Positions 27,146 through 36,206 are shown, counted from the stretch's first letter. The stretch: 64,000 nt of DNA from Terriglobia bacterium (GCA_963760955.1 CAVXFF010000001.1:2518740-2582739), one strand, 5' to 3'. A program made the numbers and translations. The notes: generated by a model from the letters alone, not told the origin.

Positions 27146-28621
27146 ATGTCCCACCGCGCCCACGCCCGAGCGCTGCTGCTGCTGCTCTGCGCCGCCCTGT
27201 TCCTGTACTTCTACGGCAGCAACCTGGGTTACCGCTCCGACGAGGTCTGGAGCCTGCGCGCCATCGCCGGCGACTTCGGCCCGATGATGGATGTCCTCCG
27301 GGCCGACATCCACCCGCCGCTGTACTACCTGCTGCTGGCCGCCTGGGTTCGTTTGGTGGGCACGGGCGAGGTCCTGGTGCGGACGCTGTCCATCGGGTTC
27401 TGCCTGGCCGCCGCCGCCGCCGTCTATCTTGCTGCACGGGAATGGTTTGGAGCCCGCCCGGCGCTGTTCGCTGCGGCCCTGTTCATCGCCAGCCCGCTCT
27501 CGACGGTCGCCGCCCAGATGGCCCGCATGTACGGACTCTTGGCCTGCGCCTCGGCGGTCTCGACCCTCGCCTTCCTACGCCTGAGCCGCGCCGAACAGGT
27601 CCACAAGCGCGACTGGGCCCTGTATATCGCCGCCAACATCGCCGGATCCTTCACCCACATCTGGTTCTTCTTCCTGCTGTTCGCCCAAGGCGTCACCTGG
27701 CTGGTGTTTCACCGCACGCGCCGAATCGGCCCAATGCTGGCCGCTGCGGGCGCGTCGCTGGCTCCCTACGCCCTGCTGTGGCTACCCGTGCTGCTCCGCC
27801 AGGTCGGGACCACCCAGAACGCCCTGGCCTGGGTCCCCCGGCCCGGACTGCCTGATCTCGCGAACGCCGTCCTGCTGCTGGGCGGACTGTTCCTGGTATT
27901 CGCCCCGTTCCTGTGGCCCTGGTGGAAACAGCAGCAGCCCAGCCGCCTGCGCGCCGCCGAGCCCGCACTGATCGCCGCCCTGGCGCTGCTGGTGCCGTTC
28001 GGCGTCTCCTTCATAAAGCCGGTCTTCTGGGCGCGCTTCACCATCATCGCCCTGCCGGCGATGTGCGTCGCGCTGGCCGCCTTCGTACCGCCCCGCGCCC
28101 GCCTCAGCGCCGAGGCTTCCCTGCTGGGCTCGGCCGCCGCGCTGGCCGTGGTGCTGGGCTTCTACGTGTATGGCTGCGACAGTCGCGTTGCCGCCGAGTA
28201 TCTCGCCCGCCACACCCGTGCCGGCGATACGGTGGTCTTCACCAACCTCAGCCGCATGCCGATCGACTACTACTGGGACCGCCTACAGCCCCGCCGGTCG
28301 GTGAAGGAGAGTAGCTTTCCCCAGGAAATCGACCGCCACCCGGGTTTCGCCGGCGACCTCGCCAGCAACGCAGCCCGCGCGCGTCTGCAGGAGGAAGCCG
28401 CCCTGCTGACGGCCGACGTCGAGCAGCGCCCCGCGGGCCGCGTCTTCCTGCTGCATGGCTTCCACCCGCCGTCGGACGCGATCCTCAAACAAATGCTCGA
28501 CCGCGACCTTGCGCCTGTCGAGTCCCTGGGCCTGGCCTGCAACCCGAATTCGAGCTACTTCGAGACATTATCGGTGTTCTCCTGCCAGCCCGGTGAACCA
28601 CCCCGCGCGGCGGTCCGCTAA
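27146..28621 (+). CDS. Glycosyltransferase family 39-like (ArnT/PMT-type) membrane protein
   Basis: Polytopic. First-loop acidic motif YRSDEVWS, HPPLYYLLL block and a C-terminal soluble domain. Confidence 0.7.
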   Translation: MSHRAHARALLLLLCAALFLYFYGSNLGYRSDEVWSLRAIAGDFGPMMDVLRADIHPPLYYLLLAAWVRLVGTGEVLVRTLSIGFCLAAAAAVYLAAREWFGARPALFAAALFIASPLSTVAAQMARMYGLLACASAVSTLAFLRLSRAEQVHKRDWALYIAANIAGSFTHIWFFFLLFAQGVTWLVFHRTRRIGPMLAAAGASLAPYALLWLPVLLRQVGTTQNALAWVPRPGLPDLANAVLLLGGLFLVFAPFLWPWWKQQQPSRLRAAEPALIAALALLVPFGVSFIKPVFWARFTIIALPAMCVALAAFVPPRARLSAEASLLGSAAALAVVLGFYVYGCDSRVAAEYLARHTRAGDTVVFTNLSRMPIDYYWDRLQPRRSVKESSFPQEIDRHPGFAGDLASNAARARLQEEAALLTADVEQRPAGRVFLLHGFHPPSDAILKQMLDRDLAPVESLGLACNPNSSYFETLSVFSCQPGEPPRAAVR

Positions 28622-28628
28622 ACTAGAC

Positions 28629-28765
28629 GTGGCGCGAGCCCATGGCTCGCCGCGCCGGGACTCGTCCCGGCGCTTGTCGTCCAGCACAGTGTCGTGCCCG
28701 GAGTGCCGGCCCGACCACTCGCCGAGGCATCCCGCCCGTGCTTTGCCCGAAACGCAGCGCATCGG
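28629..28765 (+). repeat. REP-like element, long form, copy 3
   Basis: Double-hairpin core at 28629-28680 plus an extension. The extension is near-identical, by eye, to the reverse complement of 46925-47010 (GGCAAAGCACGGGCGGGATGCCTCGGCGAGTGG...). Confidence 0.8.
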
Positions 28766-28885
28766 CGGGAAACGTGAGGCGGGGAGCCGCAACGGGCGAT
28801 TTCGCCTCCGCAGCCGGCATGACATGTTGACCGGCCACAAGCGCCGGGACGAGTCCCGGCGCGGCAAGCCACGGGCTTGCGCCAC
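28750..28885 (-). repeat. REP-like element, long form, copy 4 (inverted, tail-to-tail with copy 3)
   Basis: The reverse complement reads GTGGCGCAAGCCCGTGGCTTGCCGCGCCGGGACTCGTCCCGGCGCTTGTGG... Its extension contains GGCTCCCCGCCTCACGTTTCCC, which is shared with the copy at 43026-43165. Confidence 0.8.
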
Positions 28886-28944
28886 GTCGCTTCGTCCGGC
28901 TGGCCGCCGCGGCGCGCTCCACGGTATCTACGAAACCGCTCTCT

Positions 28945-28980
28945 CTAAACAATAAAGGCCCCCCATTCCTGGGGGGCCTT
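28945..28980 (-). terminator. Intrinsic terminator of the OmpA/PKD gene
   Basis: 10-bp stem AAGGCCCCCC / GGGGGGCCTT (28955-28980). On the minus strand it is followed by TTTATTGTTT. Confidence 0.8.
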
Positions 28981-29007
28981 CACTACTTCCGGGATGTAGG
29001 GAGCGCC

Positions 29008-32000
29008 CTATGGCACTCCCTGGCTCTTGAAGTTCACGTACAACGTCTTGGTGGCCTGGTTGCCCTTGGCATCAGTCACCGTCAGGTCGAACACGTAGAT
29101 ACCCGCGATGTTGCCCAACTGTACGTCAGGCGTGGGCGAGTCCTGATGGGTGATCGCTGCCTGGGTGTTCCGCACCGTCCAGAAGTAGGTGAGCGGACCG
29201 TTGCCCGGCGCCGCGAAGGACCCCGAAGCGTCCAGCGTGATGAGCCGCAGGATGGTGTCGATATGGTCGCCACCGGCGAACACGATGGTCGGCGGCGGGC
29301 CGCTCGGTCCGGGCGGTCCCGGCGGAACCACTACCGGAACCTCGAGGGTCTTGGTGACAGTATCTCCCTTGGAGTTGGTCGCCACGCAGGTATACGTGGT
29401 GGTCTCGCTCGGGAAGACCGGCAGGGTGGCGGTGGAGTTCAGGAAGAAGCCCTGCGCCAGGTTGATGTGCGTGGCATCCTTGGTGACGCAGGTGAGCGTC
29501 ACGCGGCTGCCCGGGGCGTTCGATGTAGCCGGATCCGCCGTGAAGGACAGGATCTGCGGCGGCGGGATGACGTTGACGTTCACCACCGCTTGGGCGGTCA
29601 CCGAGCCCGTGATGTTGGTTGCGGTCAGCACGTAGGTGGTGGTGGCGGCCGGCGAAACGTCCTGCGTGCCGCCGAGGCTCACGTTACCCAGAGTGCTGAT
29701 GTTGACCGTGTCGGCGTTCTCCACCACCCACAGCAGCGTCGAGGTGTCGCCCGAGTCGATGTGGTTGGGTTGTGCCGAGAAGCGGATGATGCGCGGCAGA
29801 TCGCCACGTCCCACCGAAACCGCGATGCTACAGGAATCGGTGCCGCCGGGGCCGTTGGCCGTCAGCGTGTAGGTGGTGTTCTGGCGCGGCATCACGGCGT
29901 AGTTGCCGCTGGCGCCCACAGTCCCGATGCCGCCCGAGATGGTCACCGAATCGGCGCCCAGTGCGGACCAGTTGAGTGTGGCCGTCTCGCCGTCGCGGAT
30001 ATTGGCCGGCGTGGCGAAGCAGTACTGGAACTTCGATCCGGTCACCACCACAGTGGCAGTGGCCGTCTCTTCGTTCACGTTGTTGCGGGCCGTCAGGCTA
30101 TAGGTGGTGGTCGCGGTGGGCGACACCGGAGCCGTCCCCTGCGACGGCACGTTGCCGATGCCGCTGATGTTCACCGTATCGGCGTTCAGCACGCGCCAGG
30201 ACAGCGTCGAAGACTGCCCGGCCTGGATCTGCTTCGGATCCGAGATGAAGAACAGGATCTGCACGCGGTCCGCCGACTTGGTGGAGATCTTCACGCGCTT
30301 GCTGTCCTGCCCGCCGTGGTCATCCTTCACCGTCAAGCGGAAAATATACGCCTGTCCGAGAGCCGCGGTGAACGTGGTGGTGGCGGCCGTCGGTGCTGAC
30401 AGTGCCACCGGCGTGCCGGATTCCTGCGTCCACTGATAGGTGATGGGGTCGCCATCCGGATCGTAAGAGCGCGAACCGTCGAGCGTCACCGTACCGGCTT
30501 CGACATTGCCCAGGTCCGGACCGGCGTCGGCGACCGGCGGCGAGTTGCCGGTGCGCACCGTGCGCGTCAGGACTTCGTAGCGCACGCGCGGGATGTCCAT
30601 GGGAATGGCGTGGTCGGTGCCCAGGTATTCCTTGGGACGGATGAAGTTGCCGAGTTGGATGCCGGCCACCGCGCGTCCCTGCTGGGTGCCGCTGCCGGGC
30701 AGCAACGTCTGGTTGACGCCGCCTTCCAGCGTAAAGGCTACCTTGTCGTTCAGCGGGAAGATGAAGCGCAGCGTACCGCCCATGCGGTTGCCTGAGGCCG
30801 TGCTGCGCAGATAGGCGACGTCGCCTTCCGCATAGACGTTGCCCATCAGGCCGACGGTGCCCGCCACACCCACCTGGTCCACCACGTTCAGGTAGCGCTG
30901 CACCAGGACATTGTTGAGCAGTGCGCCGTTGACGCCGATGCCGTTCGTGGTGTTGATGAGCGCCGTGGGCTTGAATCCCTTGGTGGCGAAGGCGCCGATC
31001 TTGCCGCGCGAGAAGATGTAGTCGAGGGCCACCGACCCCTGGCCCAGCGTGCCGCTGGACTGGTTGCCGGCCAGCGAAACGTTCTTGAAGCTGGCGAACA
31101 AGCCGGCCTGGAAGCGCGGATGCAGCCGGTCGACCAAACCGATGTCGAACTGGCCTTCACGCTGCCCGCGGATGTAGTAATACTCCGCCTGCGCCTGCAC
31201 GCCGTACTGGTCGCCGAGCGTGCCGAAGAACCGGCCGCGGCCGTTGAAGGCGATGTTGCCGTTGTTGTCGGCGCCGACGTTGGCTCCCAGAAGCTGGAAC
31301 TTGGGTTTCTGCTGCTCCTGGAGTTGATTGCTCACCGCGCTGGCCACTTCGTTGGCGCTGGGCGGCTTGGGCGCCTGCGGCGCCGGCTGGTTAACGCGCG
31401 ACTCGATGGCCTGCTGGTTCTGCCGCAGGCCGTCCAGGTCGCGGCGCAACTGCGCGTTCTGATCGGCCAGATCCTTGAGCATCGCGGCGATTTCGTCCAG
31501 CCGGTCCAGACGCTTCAGGACCTGATCGCAGCAGTCGGCGATCTGGTTAATCTTGTCGGCGGTCTCCTGCGAGATGGCGTTAATCGCCTGTCCGACCCCC
31601 CCGCCGGGTTCCCCCACTCGATTCCCCTGGGCGTCGGTCACCGTCAGGGCGACGCGCCGGTTCATGAAACGGGCTTCGTCGGTGCGGGTAAATGTGGTGC
31701 TGCCGCCGGGAACGCGAGGCTGCGTTTCGCCCGCCGACCCAACCGTAATCTGATTCGCCTGCGCGCCGTACTTCAGCAGGAAATCACGGACGGTGTTGGC
31801 GCGGGCCAAGCCCAGGCGCTGGTTATAGTCATTCGATCCCACGGCATCGGCGTGTCCTTCTACGCGGACGCGATAGCCGGGATTTTGCTGTAGTAATTCT
31901 GCCAAGCGCAGGAGGCTGGGGAATCCGTCGACTAATACGGATGAGTCAAAGTCGAAATTGATTTCTTCCCAGTCGTCCTTGTTCGCCTGCGTGTCAATGC

Positions 32001-32067
32001 CCTGTGCCCACAAAGCTGCCGTGGCCAGGAGCGCAAGTAACAGCAGCGAGACGAATCTGCGTGCCAT
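29008..32067 (-). CDS. Large surface protein: N-terminal OmpA-like peptidoglycan-binding domain, coiled coil, beta-rich region, PKD and four tandem Ig-like repeats
   Basis: ATG at 32067 preceded by GGAGAG (the track ORF starts at 32097). Signal peptide MARRFVSLLLLALLATAALWAQ. OmpA_C-like block RVRVEGHADAVGSNDYNQRLGLARANTVRDFL. PKD-like LDGSRSYDPDGDPITYQW. About 85-aa repeats end in TTTY(S/T/V)LTA. Confidence 0.85.
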   Translation of the reverse strand: MARRFVSLLLLALLATAALWAQGIDTQANKDDWEEINFDFDSSVLVDGFPSLLRLAELLQQNPGYRVRVEGHADAVGSNDYNQRLGLARANTVRDFLLKYGAQANQITVGSAGETQPRVPGGSTTFTRTDEARFMNRRVALTVTDAQGNRVGEPGGGVGQAINAISQETADKINQIADCCDQVLKRLDRLDEIAAMLKDLADQNAQLRRDLDGLRQNQQAIESRVNQPAPQAPKPPSANEVASAVSNQLQEQQKPKFQLLGANVGADNNGNIAFNGRGRFFGTLGDQYGVQAQAEYYYIRGQREGQFDIGLVDRLHPRFQAGLFASFKNVSLAGNQSSGTLGQGSVALDYIFSRGKIGAFATKGFKPTALINTTNGIGVNGALLNNVLVQRYLNVVDQVGVAGTVGLMGNVYAEGDVAYLRSTASGNRMGGTLRFIFPLNDKVAFTLEGGVNQTLLPGSGTQQGRAVAGIQLGNFIRPKEYLGTDHAIPMDIPRVRYEVLTRTVRTGNSPPVADAGPDLGNVEAGTVTLDGSRSYDPDGDPITYQWTQESGTPVALSAPTAATTTFTAALGQAYIFRLTVKDDHGGQDSKRVKISTKSADRVQILFFISDPKQIQAGQSSTLSWRVLNADTVNISGIGNVPSQGTAPVSPTATTTYSLTARNNVNEETATATVVVTGSKFQYCFATPANIRDGETATLNWSALGADSVTISGGIGTVGASGNYAVMPRQNTTYTLTANGPGGTDSCSIAVSVGRGDLPRIIRFSAQPNHIDSGDTSTLLWVVENADTVNISTLGNVSLGGTQDVSPAATTTYVLTATNITGSVTAQAVVNVNVIPPPQILSFTADPATSNAPGSRVTLTCVTKDATHINLAQGFFLNSTATLPVFPSETTTYTCVATNSKGDTVTKTLEVPVVVPPGPPGPSGPPPTIVFAGGDHIDTILRLITLDASGSFAAPGNGPLTYFWTVRNTQAAITHQDSPTPDVQLGNIAGIYVFDLTVTDAKGNQATKTLYVNFKSQGVP

Positions 32068-32200
32068 GTAGTGTCTCTCCTTCTCCAGGTACAACATTTA
32101 CAGGTTAACTTGTTTCACTGCGACGCTCAACCCAAAAGCGTCACCTCAGCGGGAGGGTATGTGGGGATCCGACCCGTTCCTCCTGACTTCGCGTATCCTG

Positions 32201-32228
32201 CCGGTCTGCTCACACCGGTCTGATCACA
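32201..32228. promoter_or_regulatory. Tandem 14-nt direct repeat upstream of the OmpA/PKD gene
   Basis: CCGGTCTGCTCACA immediately followed by CCGGTCTGATCACA. It lies about 135-160 nt upstream of the start at 32067, in a lower-GC spacer. The function is inferred only. Confidence 0.3.
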
Positions 32229-32340
32229 GGATACACGAACACACGTTGGAAGAGTACTGTGGGATGGGCTTTGTTTCATGATTCATTAAGAAGGAAATAG
32301 GGTCTTGAGCCGGGCGTGGCCGCGGGCGGGAGGCCCGGGC

Positions 32341-32505
32341 GCGGCTTGGGTTCGTCTTGTTGGCGCGGAGCGGGCCCCGGGCATCGTCGCCGGGCCCTCT
32401 CCAGGGGCCGTGCGGGCGGCGCGGCTTGGGTTCGTTGTGTTGCCTGCTGGCCTGAAAGACGCCGGTCCTCGTGTTATCAGAGACATGTTGGGTTCGTTTC
32501 GCCGG
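32341..32505 (+). repeat. Array of three TTGGGTTCGT boxes
   Basis: Boxes at 32346-32355, 32426-32435 and 32488-32497. The first two share GCGCGGCTTGGGTTCGT. The third lies inside the 25-mer TCAGAGACATGTTGGGTTCGTTTCG (32477-32501), which recurs as an exact reverse complement at 40516-40540. Confidence 0.75.
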
Positions 32506-32670
32506 AGGCCCGGGCCCGGGCCACGCGCGCCTCCCGGTTTCTCACACAGAGGGGAGGAAACCAGCGGGGAATTTGTGGCAACTGCGGGCTCGGTTCGAGA
32601 AATAGCTCCGGATGGTGTGTGATCGCGGTTTCGCGGCTTGCCCGCGAGCCGGCCGACCACTGATAATCAA

Positions 32671-33106
32671 GACGGACCTCGCGGACGGGCAGCCGCTGGT
32701 CCGGGCAGCCTCGCGCCGCCCGGGCGGGAGGAAAGTCCGGTCTCCATAGGGCAGCATGCCGGCTAACGGCCGGGGGGATCCGCTCACAAGCGGGTTTCAC
32801 GGAAAGTGCCACAGAAAATATACCGCCGGTTCCACCGGGCGTCCGGGCCACAGCGCCGGGGCGTCGGGTGGAGCCGGTAAGGGTGAAAAGGTGCGGTAAG
32901 AGCGCACCGCGGCCGCGGTAAGTGTGCCGGCAGGGTAAACCCCATGCGGAGCAAGACCAAATAGGGGAGGAGGAGCGGCCCGCTCCGTTATCCACTTCCG
33001 GGTAGGTCGCTAGAGCCGGGGAGCAATCTCCGGCCCAGAGGAATGGCTGCCCCTCCGGGCTTCGGTCCGGGGACAGAAACCGGCTTATAGTCCTCGGGGT
33101 CCTTAT
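32671..33106 (+). ncRNA. rnpB: RNase P RNA, bacterial type A
   Basis: Universal blocks GGGAGGAAAGTCCGG (P4 5' strand), GGTAAGGGTGAAAAGGTGCGGTAAGAGCGCACC and ACAGAAACCGGCTTAT (P4 3' strand). P1 pairing between GGACCTCGCGGAC (32674-32686) and GTCCTCGGGGTCC (33090-33102). Confidence 0.93.
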
Positions 33107-33242
33107 TATGGTCCGGTTTGCCGGCGGGGCCGGGATTGCGGACCAACGAAGGCCGCTCTCTGCGGTCGCAGCTCTGCTGGCGGGGTTGTGCTCGAACGGC
33201 CGGTGGCGGGCAGAGCGGCTATAAAGAAGGAGAGAGGGCCGC

Positions 33243-33911
33243 ATGCATTGTCTGGGCGGGCGGGTGCTGAAGCCGGAGATCCTGGATTCGCTGCCGGAGG
33301 AGCAGGCGTGCGGGAGCCTGGCCGACCTGGTACGCATCAACCGGCGCTGGGGAGGGCATTCGACCCTGCGCCACCTCTTGGCCGACGTGGCTCCGGCCGA
33401 TGGCCGCTTTTCCCTGCTGGACGTGGGCGCGGCCTCCGGCGACATGGCCGGGTGCGTGCGGAGGTGGTACCCCAAGGCTCGCGTCACGCTGCTCGACTAT
33501 CTACAGTCGCACCTGCGGGCGGGGCAGGGCGACCGGGTGGCGGCCGACGCGTTCCACCTGCCGTTCCAGCCCGCGAGCTTCGACTTCGTCTTTTGCTCCC
33601 TGTTCCTGCATCATTACAATGACGAGCAAGTGGCGGAACTGCTGCGGGGCTTCGGCGCGGCGGCCCGGCGGGCGGTGCTGGTGATCGACCTGGAACGCCA
33701 CCCGCTTCCTTATTACTTCATGGCCTGGAGCCGGCCGGTGCTGGGCTGGGATCCGGTGACGGTCCACGACGGGACGATTTCGGTGGAAGCGGCGTTCAAG
33801 CGCCGGGAACTCGAGGAACTGGGGCGGCGGGCCGGGCTGCGCAACGTGCGGGCTCGTGTGTGGCGGCCGGCGTTCCGGATCGGGTTGGTGGGAGAGGTTG
33901 TGCATGCATAG
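33243..33911 (+). CDS. Class I SAM-dependent methyltransferase
   Basis: RBS AAGGAGAG. Motif I LLDVGAASGDMAG and FDFVFCSLFLHH (post-I/II). Confidence 0.8.
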   Translation: MHCLGGRVLKPEILDSLPEEQACGSLADLVRINRRWGGHSTLRHLLADVAPADGRFSLLDVGAASGDMAGCVRRWYPKARVTLLDYLQSHLRAGQGDRVAADAFHLPFQPASFDFVFCSLFLHHYNDEQVAELLRGFGAAARRAVLVIDLERHPLPYYFMAWSRPVLGWDPVTVHDGTISVEAAFKRRELEELGRRAGLRNVRARVWRPAFRIGLVGEVVHA

Positions 33912-36141
33912 GTTATCTTCGATCGCCGTGGTTTTGCTGAGCCTGGGATCTGCCGCCGGGCCGCTGGCGGCGCAGACGGTGCTTTCCGATGAGGCGCCGG
34001 CTCCGTTCAACTACGGGACCCAGTTTACCTCGCACGTTTTCAATGGATCCTCGGGATTCCGGATCGACGTTCCGCAGGACGCCGCGGGGCTTCTGGTGAA
34101 GGTGATCGCGGAGCGCGCCGAGAGCACGCTGGCGTTCTATCTGCGGCGGGGAGCGGACGTGGCGGTGGTGGGGACGGTGCTCGCGGACATTTCGGTGACC
34201 GAATCCTCGGACGGCGGCCGGGTGTGGACCTTGGATGCGCAGACGCTGGCGGCCGGTACGTATTACCTGGCCATCGTGGCGGGACCCTACCAGGAGCCCC
34301 TGCGGGGGACGGTGTACGCGGACGTACTGCGGGACGCGGCGGCCCCGGCGGCGGAGTTCGATGTGCCGGGCAGTACGCAGATCCTGCTGGCCGGGCAGCG
34401 GGCGGGGACGGCGATGGGGACGACGGCCAGCGCTCCGCAGAATTCGCCGGTGGTGGCGCAGGTGACGCTCGCCAGCGGGCAGCGGGTGCGGTTCGTGGCG
34501 AACGGGACCACGGATTCTTCCCTGTGGGGGAAGGGAATTCCGCCGGAGGGACAATCCACCAACGAATCGCTCAGCGCGCAGTTCGGGCTGTCGGGGATGA
34601 ACGGTCCGCGGGAGGCCCTGGTGGGCGTGTTTCTGGGAACAACCATCGACGCGATGGCCACGCCGCCGGACTTGCAATTTCAGGCCGGGGGCGCCGGGGA
34701 GGCGATCGTGGCGCCGCTGCTGCAGCAGACCTTCTATATCGGCAACGGGTTCACGGCGAGCGGGCGGCCGCGCGAGTTCGTGGCTCCGCAGGGCGCCACC
34801 CGGCTGTTTGTGGGCAGCAAATCGCTGATCCCGCGCGATAATTCAGGCCGGTATCACGTGCGGGTGTTCACCGGAGCCGTGGAGCCGCCGCCGGTTTCGG
34901 CCAACCCGTTGGTGGTGCCGGGCATCGCGCACCTGGCGCTGGCGGGGCAGCCGGACGGCGCAACGCTGGGTTCCAATGCGGCTCCGTTCGACTCGCCGGG
35001 GCGGGTGGCGATCGCCGTCGACGCGGGCCAGCGCTTGCAGTTCACCGTCCGCGGCGCGGTGCACTTGTCGACGGGCGCGGTGGTGCCTCCCACGGGATCG
35101 TTCGCGCTGGTCTCCGCGGGCCTGGCCAACGGGTTTTCCGGGTTGGTGGCGCCGGAGGGGTCACTGGTGGGTGTGTTCACCGCCGACACGGTGGATTCCA
35201 GGGCGACCACCGTGCGCTTGTACTTCGACGCGAACCTGCGGGCGCAGCCGACGCTGCAGCCGCTGCTGCAACAGATGTTCTACGTCGGCGACGGGACGAC
35301 GGCCGCCGGCGAGCGGCGCACGGTCGTGGCGCCGGAAGGGGCCACGCGCCTCTACCTGGGCGTGCAGGATACCAATACCTACGTGAACTCCGGAGCGTTT
35401 CTGGCGGTGGTGTCGGTCGATGATGACGGCGCGCCCTCGCTTCCCGACAACGGAGCGCTGAACGGAGCGAGCTTTGCCGAGGGCGCTGTGGCGCCCGGTG
35501 AGATCGTGTCGGTATTCGGCCAGAACCTGGCGGCGGACACCGTGGTGAATAGCGCCGTGCCGCTGCCCACCGAACTGGGCGGCGTCCAGGTGTTCTTTGA
35601 CGAGTACGCTGCCCCGCTGTACTTCGTGTCCGCGGAACAGGTCAACGTGCAGGTTCCCTGGGAACTGCGCGACCGGACGTCGGCCTGGGTGACGGTGATC
35701 CGCGACGGCATTGCGGGCGATCCCATCGAGGTGATGATGGAGCCGTTCCGCGCGGGCATCTTCGATGTGAGCGGGCTGGGACCCATCGTGATCAACAGCA
35801 GCACGGGTGCGCTGGTGTCGGCCGATGCGCCGGCCGCCGACGGCGACGGCCTGGTCGTGTTCGCGACGGGACTCGGTCCGGCGGCTCCGGCGCTGGTGAC
35901 GGGGGCTCCGGCGTCGGACAAGGTGCTGAGCTACGCAACGTTTCCTGTGCGGGCCATCGTGACGGGCGGGGGGAGGTCGGTGACGGTGCAGCCGTCCTTC
36001 GCGGGCGCCGCGCCGGAATTCGTCGGCGTGACGCAGGTGAATTTCGTGGTGAACGGGAGCCTGCCGCGCGGCCAGGTGACGCTGCGCCTGGAATCGGCGG
36101 GAGTCGGGGCAACGCAGGACGTCACCATCTACATTCAGTAA
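33904..36141 (+). CDS. Secreted protein with TIGR03437-type (Solibacter-type) C-terminal domain
   Basis: The ATG at 33904 overlaps the upstream stop (ATGCATAG). Signal peptide MHRLSSIAVVLLSLGSAAGPLAAQ. C-terminal block NGASFAEGAVAPGEIVSVFGQNL...APLYFVSAEQVNVQVPWEL...FAGAAPEFVGVTQVNFVV. Confidence 0.8.
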   Translation: MHRLSSIAVVLLSLGSAAGPLAAQTVLSDEAPAPFNYGTQFTSHVFNGSSGFRIDVPQDAAGLLVKVIAERAESTLAFYLRRGADVAVVGTVLADISVTESSDGGRVWTLDAQTLAAGTYYLAIVAGPYQEPLRGTVYADVLRDAAAPAAEFDVPGSTQILLAGQRAGTAMGTTASAPQNSPVVAQVTLASGQRVRFVANGTTDSSLWGKGIPPEGQSTNESLSAQFGLSGMNGPREALVGVFLGTTIDAMATPPDLQFQAGGAGEAIVAPLLQQTFYIGNGFTASGRPREFVAPQGATRLFVGSKSLIPRDNSGRYHVRVFTGAVEPPPVSANPLVVPGIAHLALAGQPDGATLGSNAAPFDSPGRVAIAVDAGQRLQFTVRGAVHLSTGAVVPPTGSFALVSAGLANGFSGLVAPEGSLVGVFTADTVDSRATTVRLYFDANLRAQPTLQPLLQQMFYVGDGTTAAGERRTVVAPEGATRLYLGVQDTNTYVNSGAFLAVVSVDDDGAPSLPDNGALNGASFAEGAVAPGEIVSVFGQNLAADTVVNSAVPLPTELGGVQVFFDEYAAPLYFVSAEQVNVQVPWELRDRTSAWVTVIRDGIAGDPIEVMMEPFRAGIFDVSGLGPIVINSSTGALVSADAPAADGDGLVVFATGLGPAAPALVTGAPASDKVLSYATFPVRAIVTGGGRSVTVQPSFAGAAPEFVGVTQVNFVVNGSLPRGQVTLRLESAGVGATQDVTIYIQ

Positions 36142-36206
36142 AGAGGAGGGACCGCTCCTTGGAAGCCGCGACCACAGGAAGCGGTTCTCCGCGGTCCGAA
36201 ATCCCG

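Noticed and set aside
28455-28955. ORFs translating the REP elements (…RRDESRRGKPRACAT… / …GLPRRDSSRRL…)
   Set aside because: The same peptide strings arise wherever the repeat occurs, in either orientation. They are a repeat artefact, not a gene family.
32346-32497. GGGTTCG boxes as possible tRNA T-arm remnants or tRNA genes
   Set aside because: No acceptor stem, anticodon arm or D-arm can be drawn around any box.
32286-32663. ORFs on both strands across the TTGGGTTCGT array
   Set aside because: They show P/R/G-rich translations on both strands and repeat-derived sequence, with no RBS or start context.
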